NCBI GenBank assembly: GCA_964016885.1
Contig: OZ024746.1
Coordinates: 34,224,001-34,288,000, forward strand
From: Eledone cirrhosa
Lineage: Eukaryota
Direction of reading: 5' to 3'
DNA length: 64,000 nt
Part shown: positions 10,874-26,403 of the stretch, piece by piece
Layout of the letters: each line of letters starts with the position of its first letter
How positions within the stretch are numbered: the stretch's first letter is position 1
Position numbers and translations under genes: made by a program
The notes under the pieces: generated by a model
Databases searched by the model: none
The model's input: only the letters and a program-made list of their open reading frames with translations
Told to the model about the DNA's origin: nothing

Positions 10874-13742
10874 GATATTAAACAAATGGAAACTATATTT
10901 ATAAAACCATATTTATTTCATTATACATATTTCGGGGATACCATATTAAAATATGGCATGCCTTCTTCAGATAAAATACAATATATAAACAGTTTTATAA
11001 ATAATTTTGACGTACCATAAATATTGATCAACTTTTATGTAAGAAGTTGGTTTGGTAGTGAAATGTTTATAAATATTTAGTGTTAAGCACAGTTAAAAAG
11101 AAAGACGGAGAAAAAGAAGAGATGTATGTAAAGAAAAACAGAGAGAAATAGAGAGAGATAGGGGAGAGAGAAATAGTGAGGAGGTGAAAAAAGAGATGCA
11201 GCTGAGGCAACAGATGAATAATAATAATTCATCATACAAATTGAGAGATTTGGGAGGGAGGGAGTACTGTACTTATTTAGTTATAGTGTTAAGGAGACGG
11301 AGAGAAATAAAAAATGAAGAGAAAACAGAGAGAGAGATAGAGGTGGGGGAAAAAAGAGGTAGACCAAATAATAATAATTATTATTATTATATATGGGGAG
11401 GTGAGAGAAATAGGAGAGAAGTAAGAGAGAAAGCAAGAGAGAAACTGGAGAGGTATAGTTAAAATAACCGATACTTAGACTTCATCAAATATAAAATGGG
11501 AGGAGAAGAAAGAGCTATATCTAGAGAGAGGGATGATAGATTTACATCTTTACGTTATGTCCTATCATTTTGAATTATCAATTCATATGAATTGGGTATT
11601 ATAATGTAAATATCAATATTCATGAATGAGACATAGATATATAATGTGTGGAATATAATGACCATATGTTTAGTTTAAAATTCTGAGGTCGGTGTACCAA
11701 AAACTGAGATAAAACTTCAAAAAATACGGAAATAAATAAGTATATATGTACTTTCCGGAAAAGGAAAGAAAGAGAAAAAGAGAAGGTCATCTCAAGTTCT
11801 AGTTGATACTATAGACATACCCATGATCTTACGTGATCAACTCTGTAATTTCTTGTTTCACAGACAATTTTTTTTTTCCTTGTGTTATAAAAGATTTTAC
11901 TATATATATACATACAAAAATATATATTAATACTCCTGCCCTCACATACATGATTATCGTTCATGTATAGAATATTATGCATATCTGTAACATATCCAGA
12001 GCTATACCGACACATACATATATATATATATATATGTATGCACACATATATGTGTACATGAACAGATAAAGTAAGCAGATAAAATAAAATATACTCTGTA
12101 ATCGTTCCATATTCATATTAATACAGAGACAACCAGATATTAATATATCAGCACAGAGATATCAAAACGTTAAAAATATTTTCATCACTCCCTAGAGTAT
12201 CTAGGGCCGTAAAAAAGACAGTATGCACCCCATATCAACCACAGAAATCTACCCTTCCAATTTGTCTGCCAATATATTGCCAAGTTCATTAGAAGCAATC
12301 AGAATCAAAAAGCAAACAAAAAACCAAAAATTACTCAACAAAACTTATTTAGCAGAAATCATTTAAACGATTTAGGAGACCCTGTTGTTCTACAGATGCT
12401 CTTATATTTAGTATAGAAGTTTATCTAGCGTAAAATTTATTCAATAGATTGGGAGCATCTACATTTTAGGCTAGTTTAATTACATCATTAGTATATATTT
12501 ATGAAGAAGGTTTAAAAGAAAAAGTTGAAGGAATCGAAAGATTTATCGTCAGGTTTCATACATTAATTAATTATCTTAACTAATTATACTACATTTTAAA
12601 TTTATATTTATATTTAAACGTTGAGTTCAATCTATGTCCGCAGCAACTGAATAAATAACTGCTTAAATTAAGGGAATTTTTAGATTTTAATATAAAGAAT
12701 ATCTCCTCCACACAGAGGTCACATGTCTCAGATGAGGAATTAAAAGGAATCCCTCTTGAGACAATATTCCAAAACATCGAATACCCAACGTTATCATGTT
12801 TAAGTTGCCAGAGTAAGCCTGAGAGTGAAGTTGAAGATTTCTTGTTTGGATCTGTGAAAGAATTCTTATGATTATTGTAGCGAAGTTTAAATTCTGTCGA
12901 GGTGGAACCAACATAGTTAAAAGAATTTAAGTTAGTTTTAACATTACAATTGTATATTATATTTTTAACTGAGCAATTGTTATTTAACGGACATTTAGAT
13001 TTATTTCTACAGTTACAGTTGTTTAATTGAATATTGTTTTGGCTATTATCGGTATTTTGGCTAGGTTTTAGATTCCTATTATTTATTCTGTTAATATTTT
13101 GTGCTAAATTTTTGGTGGACGAGTAAGTTAATTTTATAGTGTGTCTATTAAAAATTGAGTGATATTTATGTGTTCTAGGGAAGCGTTTGTCAAGAGCATT
13201 AACAAATAGTTTAGCAATGTGGGTTTTAATATTTAGTGAGAAAGGGGGGGGGGACCATATTATATTTCTAGTTCTATTTATTTTCTGGCTTTTGGAATTG
13301 TTGTAATGTTTTCTATTATAGTTGTTAAAGTTGTTACCGTAAATAAAATTGTTATTATTTTGGTTAGTTTGCCTATTATTATCGATGTACTTAATTTCAT
13401 CACTATATCCTGCTCTAGCTTACGCTTCATTGTAATACTTCGTCGAAAATATTTTTATTAGATGAAATTCTTGAGATACGTTCTTGAACAGAGTTCACTA
13501 TAGTATTTTTAACAGATCTTTGGTGATTAGAGTTAAAATTGACATAATTCAAGTTTTCATTTATCCCCGTTTTCAAGTTTTCATTTATCCCCGAAATATG
13601 TATAATGAAATAAATATGGTTTTATAAATATAGTTTCCATTTGTTTAATATCGTATATCTACTCCAAAACTTGTTGAGTGCTTTATATCAGTTATAAAAT
13701 ATTTACTTGTTGTAACCCAACAATTTTAAATAAAACTTTTGC
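10873..13742 (-). mobile_element. Truncated PLE (Naiad-type GIY-YIG) with long 3' UTR/pLTR and a short inverted, tailed pLTR at the right end
   Basis: Minus strand 12600-13030 reads NCNCRNKSKCPLNNNC..KNIIYNC and CDLCVEE..ILK..LN...CGHR. 10873-10940 is the reverse complement of 13585-13653. Continuity of 11030-12540 with the element is not proven. Confidence 0.65.
10914..10978 (-). ncRNA. Intact type I hammerhead ribozyme
   Basis: tattttat-CTGAAGA-aggcatgccatatt/aatatggtatccc c-GAAA-tatgta-TA-atgaaata (8-bp stem I). Confidence 0.85.
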
Positions 13743-15052
13743 ATATATATATATATGTGTGTGTGTGTCTGTGTTTGAATATATTTATATGTATATCCAA
13801 GAATGACAGGATTTCGAGGTTAATTATTATAGTGGGCCTGAGGCCCAACAATTTCCTCTGCAATGTCCATTGCAGTGTTAGTCTATGTCAATTCCATCAT
13901 CTATCTGAGGTCATAGTTCCACTCATGCTAATTTATTCTTCAAGGGACAAACTGCCGACACATACCAACTCAGAAACGTCAAAAGGGATGGCCAGCCCAA
14001 ATTTTGACCCCAAATGAGTCGCCATCACAATGCAGTATCTCGCCGTTAGTAATATATTTTATTCATCCTCATTAATGTCATATACATTTAATTACTCTCC
14101 TATTATATTTCCTATATTATCTGTATATATTTGCCTCTTATTTATCACACATATTCAATTTAAGTATCACAAACCAACATCACAAAACATCATCATTATA
14201 ATAAGCAGCATGATATGGTAGGTTACATTAGCAGATAACGACTAACACATTTCATTTGATTTACTCCAACCACTACCATCATTATTATCTCTTAAACACC
14301 TGCAACTTATTTGTCAACACTCCGTTTTACTCCTGCTAACATTTCGCCTTTTGTTGTTTATTCCACAACGTTCTCTCTCCTCTCCTCTTCTCGTTCTCTC
14401 TGCTTGTTCAGTTATTCGTTTTCTTTATTTTGTTAACCTTTTCGTTTGTCTCTTCCACTTCTCGCTGTTTTCACTTTTCCCCTGTCGTCTTACCTACATT
14501 ATATCGCATCCGTTTCATGTTAACCCACGGATTTCTTCGTATCCTCTCCTAAAATGTTGTCTCTGGACAGCGATGTCATATATTTATATTTTTCTTTTTT
14601 ATCTATTCCCTTTTACATATGCCTTCTTTCTCTTGACACTCAAATCCTTGCTATTACTGTATACACTTCCTACATAGCTTTTTAAAAACACAGATATATC
14701 CCACTTATCACCACCTCGTCTTCCCGAATTCATATTGTCTCTGATATTGAAAAATCCATTCTTGTCCAATGAGCAAGTGAGGGCACAAGCAAAAGTCCAT
14801 TATAACAAGACTAACCACATAGTCATAATAAAGAATAATTAGCCTCTACTTTATTATTGAGTACACTGTGTGTTTTCCCTACAAATTAAATTTGAACGAG
14901 TCGTCACAGAACGGATCCTTACTTGAGTGAATACACTAATCTCTTAAACGTGTCGCTTACAATACTGATAACTGCGCCCTAGAATTTTATCGTGGCACTC
15001 TTACTAGGATGTTTGCACACACACACCCACACACACACACGCACCCCCCCCC

Positions 15053-15123
<71 letters not shown>

Positions 15124-15163
15124 TAAATAAAAGTCAAATGATTAAAATTTAGCTTCGTTTATT

Positions 15164-15218
15164 ACTGCTATATATATTTCAGTGACAGCCATCTTTGGCT
15201 GTGACCTCTTCAGGCAGT
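15164..15218 (-). ncRNA. Intact minimal type I hammerhead ribozyme in a solo pLTR (approx. 15120-15345)
   Basis: actgc-CTGAAGA-ggtcacagcca aaga tggctgtcact-GAAA-tatata-TA-gcagt, then aataaa. Homologue at 60003-60058. Confidence 0.9.
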
Positions 15219-15346
15219 TTGAATTAGTATGGTATAGACAAGTACATATGTTGTTTAGGTGTATGATATTGTCAATACTCTGATATGCCCAATTCCTTGC
15301 TGGGTTGTTAATTCACTGGGGAACTGGAGTCATATGATTTAAAAAA

Positions 15347-15377
<31 letters not shown>

Positions 15378-15380
<3 letters not shown>

Positions 15381-15640
15381 CAGTGTTGAACAAAAAGGTG
15401 ACGTGGTTGCCTAAACACTGTACGGCGTAATTCGAGTTGTTTGTTTGTTTACAAACAAATAAATGTTCGGTAAACCGAGACATGCATATATATATCTGTG
15501 CATGTATGTATATATATATATATATATATACATACTACTGTACGTCTGTATACATATATTTATGTACGTGTACATACATACTTACATTTAAGTAAGTGCC
15601 GTACTAAGAGTGAGAAATGAAATTTCGTTTCATTCTATTC
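15378..15640 (+). repeat. Dispersed ~260-bp element, copy 2 of 6535-6792
   Basis: Shares tgtcagtgttgaaca...aacactgtacggc...tactactgtacgtct...gccgtactaagagtgagaaatgaaatttc. Confidence 0.65.
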
Positions 15641-15641
15641 C

Positions 15642-15774
<133 letters not shown>

Positions 15775-16171
15775 ATAACTATGTAGCTTGTGCCTCTTCC
15801 TATCTACGGTTAGCTTTTCTCTTTGTTGTTTACTTGTCTCACTCGCTTTACGCGTTTTAATTGTCCTAATAACTTAATTTAGTTATTATTGCACCAACGT
15901 GAGGTATATGATTTTTAATGCAATGAAATATTTATGATCGTTGGCAAATCACTGATGAGGGACTCATTTTATAACATGTTATCCATGTGCATCCTGCAGT
16001 ATTCTTCTCCCCCATTTGTTCACCTATATATATATGCCGTTTTAGACAGCTTACCAGCCGGGATCTGACACTCTACAATCCTTATACACTACTATCTCAA
16101 TACCGTGTATTCTTCTGAATTATGGTCTGACCAATTTAATCCGGTGTATGCCTTCTCTCTCTCTTTCTCTT

Positions 16172-16226
<55 letters not shown>

Positions 16227-16589
16227 ATATATATATATACTGCATGTGTGTGTGTATGTGTGTGTGTATGTGTGTGTGTGATGTGTGAGTGTGTGTGTGT
16301 ATATATGTGAGGTCTGTGAGAGTGTGCGTGTGTTATGTAGCATGTGTAAATTAAATACATCAAATATAGACCAGTATGTAAAGCGCAAGTTATAAAAAGA
16401 AAGAAACAAGAAACATTAAAAAATTTGACCTAGTAAACTATCAGCATTTCTGGATGGCCTTTTGCAAGAGAACAAAATATCGCTGGGTGAAATAACAATT
16501 ATACAATTTCAATGCATTTCTTATATGTCAAATGTATGTATGGCAATAAGTGATTCTGACGTTCACTTAATGGAATCGAATATATATAA

Positions 16590-16990
<401 letters not shown>

Positions 16991-17065
16991 TTTATTTATA
17001 TATATATATATATATGTGCGCACGTGTGTGTGTGTGCGCGCGCGTGCATGTATCATATATATACG

Positions 17066-17148
<83 letters not shown>

Positions 17149-17339
17149 TACATAAATGCAGTTGATAATTATTTTGGTGTGGCTTTCACAGATTTCATTT
17201 ATATTCTTAATGAAAACGTGTTAGAATTATGGATGTATCATTTAAACAGTGGTTTTTATTCCAGAATACTTATGCCAGCAGAATTTTCTCGATAAATATT
17301 CAACATTTAACATTTATTAAAGCAATTACACATTGAACG

Positions 17340-17504
17340 ATATCGCGTGCATCTTGGATAACGACTGTGCTTGGTTGGTAGTAGCTGCGGATCCAACTTG
17401 ACCCACTGGAGATGGTCGGTCCTGAATGCAGACGCTGGAAGCCAGTTTTGGGGAATCTGCAGCCACGATCTTCGGATGAAGAAGAAGAAGAAGAAGAAGA
17501 AGAA
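17340..17504 (+). mobile_element. 3' end of a LINE (RTE-like) with (GAA)n tail
   Basis: GC-rich block ending gccacgatcttcggat(gaa)n. Confidence 0.55.
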
Positions 17505-19727
17505 TTCTCGAACTTGTACGTTAAATTGTTTCATACACATTAGCGTCATAAATAGTTTATCAGAAAAAGCACGTTTAGCCATAAGTTATATATGAAATAC
17601 ATTTTACTAACAACAAAATATTTTCTTTTCTCTATTGACTGTCTGAATGTATCACAAAGTTACCAGCACATTCGTTTCAAAGCGTCCTTGCATTAAATAT
17701 AGTATAGTCTATATAACGTTTTGTGTGCTGCAGATGCTGAAAAACCTAGTCGATTCTGTTCCTGTTAGTTTTGATAAACATAGTGGTTTTGCTCAATAAT
17801 CAGTTCATTACGTGTTTCGCTATGTGACAAAAAAAGATAATTTCAGCCGATAATAAAGAATATCGAATAGGACAACACATAAGCATTTGAGTTAAACGTG
17901 ATTTTAAAAAGAGAAAGTCTCCCGAGCAGAGTAAAGAACGAAAAGAGTACATGTACATGTTCCATCTACTTACGATTAAAATTCAAAATGTGCTGTTAAT
18001 GGACTATTTTAAAAAGCTGTGCTTGGCAGAAATACTGTGCCTTTGATCTATCATCCTTTTGGCACTATTGATATACGTAATAATAAGAAACAAATGATAG
18101 AGAAAACAAATTTTTTCCTGGCGATATCACTTTCATTGTTGCACTGTGTAATTTTATCATTAATCCTTTTCTATATCTTAATCCAATAGCAAGTTATTAT
18201 GGGAGTATTATTACTTTAAATGTTTTTGTTTCGTGTTTTAATAAACACATCGAAATCTAAACGTATTGGAATCATAAATATCGTTGGCAATTAAATTTGA
18301 TTGATTATATGTAATATAACTAATTACAATTTTAGCGAGAAAAGTGGGAAAGTGTCATTTAAGACGTATCAACATGGTTATTTATGAAGCAAATAAAATA
18401 AACATGTATGTTTTCCTTTAGTACAATACATGCTCAATGCCACCGAATTACTGATTCCTTTTTTCCATAATAATTAACTCGCTGAGACATATTCCAAGAT
18501 ACAGATCAGATAATCTCGGCGAACGCATTTCTGTACACAAAATCATAGTTTCTAAATAACATCACGTATCCTAATTAATATACATTAGCAGTATCCTAAT
18601 TAATATACATTTTCAGTGTTGAATTGGAAGACATAGTGAGAAACTTAATTTAGTTTAGATGTAGTAACATTCAAGATACAGATCAAAATTAAACAATATT
18701 GAAAGCATTAAATGAGAGAAATGTGGCCAAATGAGAATATATGTTTCATTTTAATTTAATAAACATAAATGTGATCCACATCTTCGAGTGCGTATCGCTG
18801 CAAAATCCCATAAATATATAAAATATTACGAATGTTATTGGAAAAGAAATTATGTTGGTGGTGATATAATCGATGTCTCGTAGTTCTTGTAAAATGGCTA
18901 AACTATTCAAATCAACTAAATGCTTCTTAGTAAATCATAAGCAGAAATGTTCTTCTCTTTCAGAATATGGCTCCCTCGTGGAAAACACTAAATTACAGAA
19001 CTGAACTTCGTCGACGAATATTTATACTAAAATTTTACGTTTTCCCTAGTTCGGGGACCGGCGTACAAGTGGCTGCTTGCCGAATGATGTAGACATTTAT
19101 TATTTATTTCATATATAATAGCATTGAGTATTAAAATTATAGATTGTACGAAAACATAAAAAACCAAAAAGATATGCTTGAATTGATTTAGAATGTAACC
19201 AGAAAGCCAAATATCACTGGCAAACTATTAAACATTATGATCGACAATTTTACAAGACATATTTCTCGTGATTTTCAGTATTTCGTATGCTTTATTTAGT
19301 AACGACATCTAAATGCAAGCAACTAATCGTTGATGGAAAAGTAAATGAAGGCGTATTTCAGGAATTATTGATTTAATGTCAGCGTATAGGTAAAAATTGC
19401 AATACCGTTTATATGCAGAACAGATTGCCTGCGGTGTATGAAAATAGGTCTAAGAATAAAATGTTATATAAATATACATTTTCATCTATAATTTCGAACA
19501 ATATAAATGGGTTTATGTATTAGTGTATCCACTGCGAGGGTGCACTCAAGCAACGGGGGAAAACAGACGTATGTATTATTTTTATATGTATATTTAGATA
19601 AAGTTTAAATATGTATATATATATATATGTATATATAAACTTTATCTAAATGTTCATACATATATATATATTTAAACTTTATCTAAGTGTACACATATAT
19701 ATGTGTGTGTGTGTGTGTATGTTTGTT

Positions 19728-19810
<83 letters not shown>

Positions 19811-21029
19811 TATCAATTTTATCAATGACAACAATGTAAGTTTATGTTCAGATCTCCCTCATGGCATGGAGTTGATATGTTCTTAGAACCAGTATTCAAT
19901 GGCCGGGTGTCACTTGCGACGCCAACCTTATTTAAGTATATTTCTGTGCTTTGAATCGCTTAGCTGCACGACATATTTCGTATGAGGGATATAAACATCA
20001 CTCTGTTCGCAGACGCACATACACAAACACACATACACAGATTAGAATACCTATGTACACACTCGCAGACATACCTGCATATACACATACAGGCCCGCAT
20101 TTATTTTATATACATTATGTCGATAATAAAAATGTCGGAGATACAACTCAATGAGTGGAAATTTCCATATTTGTCTAGACTGTTTACGTAAGTATTTAGG
20201 CTCTCTTTCTAATCATACATATATATGTATATTACTAAAACGGTTTCATTTATAATCATTCACAAGAACAGACAAACAATGACATGATGTGAATTCTAAT
20301 ATTATAAGAAGTGTTTAAAATGCATTTTAATAATGAAATATTTTGAGTAGTTAGGACATAACGGTTGAAATATGCCAAGCCAAACTCCAATATTTCCTGC
20401 TAGAGCGGATTATATGATTGGATCTGATTAGAGGTCGTGATATAATTGTTAATATGAAGGCGGTATTTATACTCAATTAATTTATTTAATGGGATTAATT
20501 TTGAGTAATTTATCTTTGGGATGTGTGTTTATTTCTAAATTAGATTTCATATAATTTTCTTGAAGGATAATTATTTGTGGTGTGAGATATTCTGTAGTAT
20601 GTTGAAATATTCAGTAGTATGTTGAGATATTAAGTAGTATGTTGTAGAGTATGAGACTCAAGCAAGCCTAAAAATAGAATTATTTTTGAAGACGATTATA
20701 TTGGTGATAATGAGTAAAGAGATTTCGTTGGAAATATTTCAAAGTAGTTAATGGAATAAAGATGAATTGTGCCTTTAAGTTAGGTCATGTGGGTTCCTTT
20801 ACGCCTTGTTGGAAACGGAATTCAAAATTCAAGAGGAATAAAAAACAATGTGAATGTGGATATGCTTTTTCTATCCATTGCCCTACATTAATACAGATGT
20901 TCAAATTAGTCACGTATCCATGTATGAGTATTTTCAGATTATATATTTTACGTTTAAGAGTTAGGTATTTCTCTGATTGTCACACAGTCTATTTGTATCC
21001 ATTGATCTATTTTTCATCAAAATGCTTAG

Positions 21030-21430
21030 TTTTCGAAACATATTTTGTAGTGAAGAATGGGCCTGAACACCTGTGAATTGATTGGAAGGTTTATGCTTGA
21101 AACTCGACTGAACATGGAGATATAACTTTGGCAAATGTATTCTGCAGTTAGTTGAGGAATGTCATTAATGGCATAGTCAGAAATGCATAGAACTGTACAG
21201 ACCCTAGCAAAGATATTCATGTCAATCTACAGCTCATGAGATTCATCGATGAACAGCACAGAAGTAAATGTGGATTTGGTGAGGTTCTATGTAATATAGA
21301 TCATTCTAAAAGGTTGGACAGGGGCTATCTTCGCCTTCATGTGGCTGTACTAAGAATACTTGCTTTATGCCCAGCTTCCAAAAGCTGAATCACTATGTTC
21401 AGCAAATATTCGTTAGTGCAACCAAAGGAG
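21030..21430 (-). mobile_element. Decayed Tc1/mariner transposase remnant, copy 1
   Basis: Minus strand reads FTSVLFIDESH (cf. Tc1 VLFSDES) and IQLLEAG. 21030-21220 recurs diverged at 22976-23165. Confidence 0.5.
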
Positions 21431-21669
21431 CAATTTTTCAGAGTCGTATCATATCGAATGAGCAAACCATCATCTATGACGCCATTGAATTCAGATCGCT
21501 GAGTTTGCAGTAGAGGATTTGCTGTGGGGTATTGAAATCATACGAAATGTCTCATCATTTTGTAATTTCCCACTGACTCTCTCTTTTGTACATGTTCCAG
21601 CTTTTTAGCAAATAAAGAAATAATAACTAATAGTATTGATATTATTTATCTCTCTCCCTCTCTCTCTAT

Positions 21670-21670
21670 T

Positions 21671-21734
<64 letters not shown>

Positions 21735-21738
21735 CAGC

Positions 21739-21803
<65 letters not shown>

Positions 21804-21807
21804 CAGC

Positions 21808-21843
<36 letters not shown>
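21670..21843. repeat. (TAG)n microsatellite with CAG interruptions
   Basis: Seen directly. Confidence 0.95.
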
Positions 21844-21953
21844 CCGTATCCCGCAGTTACCATTATTACCGGTGCCATTGCTATTTTTGTTAATGATTCT
21901 ATTGACGCTATAATGTTTCATTTTAGATAATATTACATTCCACATGATATATA

Positions 21954-22022
<69 letters not shown>

Positions 22023-22364
22023 GTGTGCATGGGTGTTATTTTATTTGGTTTCGTGTAAGCTTCGATTGAATTCCCACAACGTTATTAGAAAATAAAATAT
22101 TCATCATATTGAAACCTTAATTACAGAAGCATCACTTGAAATAAAACACATTGATCCCCTTCTGAGAAAACTTTCGCCAGATTATGCACGCTTCGGCTGT
22201 AATAGCTATAAAGACATCTTCATGTGTTATGGGAGCAATAACCAATATCATTAAGTAAGCAGTAAAACATTTCTTTTGCTTCCCATCATGCATCGCCCTG
22301 CATACGTGTCATTAAAAAATGACAGTAATTATTGCTTATTTGTTCTCATATTCAGTGTTAAATC

Positions 22365-22478
22365 AACATTATCCCGCCGTGGCTAACTTTGCCATTCATC
22401 CTTACGGGGTCGATAAAATGAAGTACCAGTAATGTACTGGTTTATTGCTGGCCCTGTGCCATAAGTAGAAACAGTTAT
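22365..22478 (+). mobile_element. SINE family A, 5'-truncated
   Basis: ttcatccttacggggtcgataaaatgaagtaccag...tagaaacag. Confidence 0.85.
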
Positions 22479-22713
22479 AACAATTAACATTACATTTCTT
22501 TTTGTGGGGGGAATAATGTTTATGGTATGGTGAGTTTATCACATCAACTATAGTACATGAATGATACTTTATTTTATCATCCCGGAATGAAGAGAAGAAA
22601 ATATGTCCTCGGATAAATTTGGAATCAGAATATAAAGGCCAGCAACGAAATGTTGCAAATCAGTTTATTCGCGTTTCTATCCCAAATCGTCGAGTGCATC
22701 ATAGTTATAACAA

Positions 22714-22900
22714 TTGTTTCTACTTTTGGCACAAGACCAGCAATTATCCCATTGCATTACTGGCACTTTATTTTATCGAGCCGTAAGGATGAAAGGTACA
22801 GATTACCTTGGCGGGATTTGAACTGAGACAGTAAATGAGTGTAACTCTATGCAGAAAAGCATGGCGTCTCGTCCGACCCTCTACTGATACTGCCAAACCA
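22714..22900 (-). mobile_element. SINE family A, near full length
   Basis: Reverse complement of 1400-1580. Confidence 0.85.
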
Positions 22901-22975
22901 CTATAATAATAACTTTAATAGAGGGGAAATTCGATTAATTCCACACCTATATTATATTTTATCGAATTAATTGAC

Positions 22976-23165
22976 TTTCGAAACATATTTTGTGGTGAAG
23001 AATGGACTTGAACATGTGTGACTTGATTGAAAAGTTTAGGCCTGTAATTCTACTGAACACAGAGATAAGGTATTGGCAAATGTACATGACAGTTCATTGG
23101 AGAATACTATTAGTGCATTAGCCAGAAATTCATAGAGCCGTGTGAACCATAACAGAGATAGACAT
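22976..23165 (-). mobile_element. Decayed Tc1-like remnant, copy 2
   Basis: Colinear with 21030-21220, starting at the same tttcgaaacatattttgt.gtgaagaatgg. Confidence 0.5.
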
Positions 23166-24225
23166 CCGCAACGTCACCATCTCCGAAAAATGCATACGTC
23201 CTCCTCGCAGAAATGATGTTTAATACTTCTTCTCTTGTATCTTATTGAGTCCCTAGTATGTTTGTTTTACGCAGAAATACATTTAGAGAAAAGCATGAAA
23301 TGTTTAGAGAAAAGCATGAAATGTTTCATACTATAAAATACGTTGTTGGTTCTGAACGTAAATATGAGGGAGAACAAAGATGGTGTCATCAATTTGTTGA
23401 CAGTTTACAATGCAATAGCAACTGGAAAACAGTTTTTAAAGACCTAAAACACACACATACACACAAACATACTCACACACACACACACGCGTGTGTGCAG
23501 ATGTGTGCATATTTATGTTAATAACTTTTTTTTTATGTATATCTGGCCCATTGAAAGCAACTCGGTGATGTTTTGGAAGTTATGTAGCATGATACAAACC
23601 AACTCTCTGTATCGTTTATGTCAATGAGAAAACTGAAAGATATTATTGGGATGTTGAAAGCATATAACCAACGAAGTTGCTGCTCTCAGAATAAGAAGTA
23701 AATAAATTAATAAAAATATGAGAGATTATTTTATATTTCATTAGGTGTATAGTAAAAGTAAATAAAAACTAACACAATTGGAATCATAATTTGATGTTGA
23801 AATGCACATTAAATTAATTGCATGCGTATGCGTATCTATGAAATCCATCAGTTTGAAATAACTGTTTTAAAATATGTTATTGGTAATCATTAAGTTGAGA
23901 AATATAAAATTGTTAATTTATTTATACAAACACAACATGCTCTCACCTCTATTTACTCAAATATTTATTTGGTTTTATACCCATTGTAATATACAAGGTT
24001 GTTTCGATATGGACACCGATGAAATCAAGTATAACGTAAACAAGACGATATTCTCGTCTGTTATACATTTCCCATTAAAAGTTAAACGTTTATTTACATT
24101 ATTAATCCATATAGTACACATGAGTATTAAATATATCACCGCGTATCTATTTGTCTTTCGCCAATACTCTCTGAACTTTTCTCTTTCTTTCTCCCTTCTT
24201 GGCCCTCTCTCGCATTCTTTCTCTC

Positions 24226-24276
<51 letters not shown>

Positions 24277-24941
24277 CTTTCTCTCAAATTTATTTTTCTG
24301 ACTCCGCTTATCTTTATATCCCCGTCAGGGGTTCGTCCTGCAAATCATCTCTAACATCGTGTCTATTAAAAAAAAAGAACGTTTTAAATGTTATCTGTTG
24401 ATCTTGAAATGTTCATTGTAGGCATTAAAGATCATTCTCCTCCCAAGGCGAAAAAAAAACCGAAAGATTGTGTTAAGGATAATATTAACTGCTGTTCATA
24501 TTGAAATTTTAGTAATATTTAGTAGCCGAAGGATTTATTAAACCTGAAGGGAACTATACAGATAACGAGTAAAATAGAAAATGAGAAAAGAAAATTTACA
24601 GTGATAAAAACTTGCTTGATATGCTTGGGCGAATGATGTGTTTGGATTTGTTTGGTTTTCTTCTAGCTATACATTTATTCTTTTTTAGTTCTTTTATATA
24701 TTTCAAATGTGTTTTTATTTCTTTATCACAAACGCCCATCAAGGAAAAACTAGAAGAATAAATCAAATGGATTATGTGCTTCAGTTAAATAAAACAATGA
24801 AATAGCTTCAAGGCTTATTTATCGGATCGAAATAGTACCTGTTTTACTCATATTTCATATTCGTGTATTATTTCGTTAAGTACGTCAATAGGCAGAGAAC
24901 TCCTATCTATTTTGATTTCGGGAACGACCAATGGGACTGAA

Positions 24942-24991
24942 TCGTCGTTGTCGTCGTTGTCGCCGTTGTCGTCGTCGTAGTAGTAGTATTC

Positions 24992-25042
<51 letters not shown>

Positions 25043-25155
25043 ATAGTAGTAGTAGCAGTAGTAGTATTAGTAGTAGTAGTAGTAGTAATAGCAGCAGCAA
25101 GGAAATACGAAACGACAGATTTAGTGAAAAAAGAAAATATAGATTGAAATCAGTT

Positions 25156-25221
<66 letters not shown>
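24942..25221. repeat. (CGT)n-(AGT)n tract followed ~60 bp later by the complementary (ACT)n tract
   Basis: Seen directly. Confidence 0.9.
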
Positions 25222-26322
25222 TTCACCACCCTGATTTCTATGTTAAGTGTAATTTGAAAAAAGTCAATCAGGGTTTCACCAAAGAGGAACGTACTTTTCT
25301 TAAAACACCTCAAATGTGTACACCACAGTATCATTTTCCCTATTGCTACCAGGCAGTTAAAAGGTCCCTGTGTTTCAGGAACTAGTGGAGAGAGGCTGCG
25401 TGATTTTCACGATGAAATCAGCTGATTGTTGAATCCGTAAGAGACGGTTTCGTCGCCCTGCCCGTATATCGGGCAAGTCCAAATGATGGGAATTCCAAGC
25501 CCCTAGAATTTATCTCTAAATGGTAATGCACCACGGTAGCACTACCCGAACCCTATACAACGTCTTCTAATATAACTAATGCAAAATTTCTCATTATGTA
25601 ACCCACATCTCGGCCTATACTTCCCTTTACATTTAAACACGAACCGTCAATATCATTCTTATCAATGCGGACGCGTGATGTTTCTCCCTAAATATTTTTG
25701 TAAATGTCCAATACAAATCCTTAGAAAATCCTAATGTATAATTTTCACTGATTTCATCATCTGAAATGCATATATTTGTGACCATTTGAAAGCGTTGGGA
25801 AAACAAGCTTCCCATATCTGGTGTTGTCTAGACGGACGGCTATATTTCCATGAAGCGATGATCTGCAAGATTATGTTATAGAATAAATGTGATTTCATTT
25901 ATGCATGTTGGGGAAATTTGGGAGCAGCAGCAGGTTTCGTATCGTGAAAGGTCACGTACATAATACTTCCTACAGACGGTTCTGCCAACACGACTGGAAC
26001 ACACCAATTCCATATGAATTAGTAGAGAGAACACACGACTATAATTAGACGACAACCAGGACAGTGAACGACTTAGTTTCTAAAGTATTACGGAGAAGAC
26101 ACTCAATTTATTACTGGGTTACGATCGCCACACTCTTTCTAGCTTTAAGTTATTTACCAATGTATCTATATATCTATGTGTACATCTATATATACGTATC
26201 TACGTGTTTGGTTAAGAGCTATAGATGAGTTAAAATTGTGTACATACGTACCGTTCATCAATCACACATACACTGTAACGCACACACATATATTCGTAAT
26301 CCCCCATATATATATATGTATG

Positions 26323-26403
<81 letters not shown>

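Noticed and set aside
21030-23165. Duplicated host exons
   Set aside because: No conserved open frame or splice sites; nearby VLFIDES motif points to a decayed Tc1 transposase.
24977-25221. Functional hairpin from facing (AGT)n/(ACT)n tracts
   Set aside because: Simple repeats are very common here, so chance juxtaposition is sufficient.
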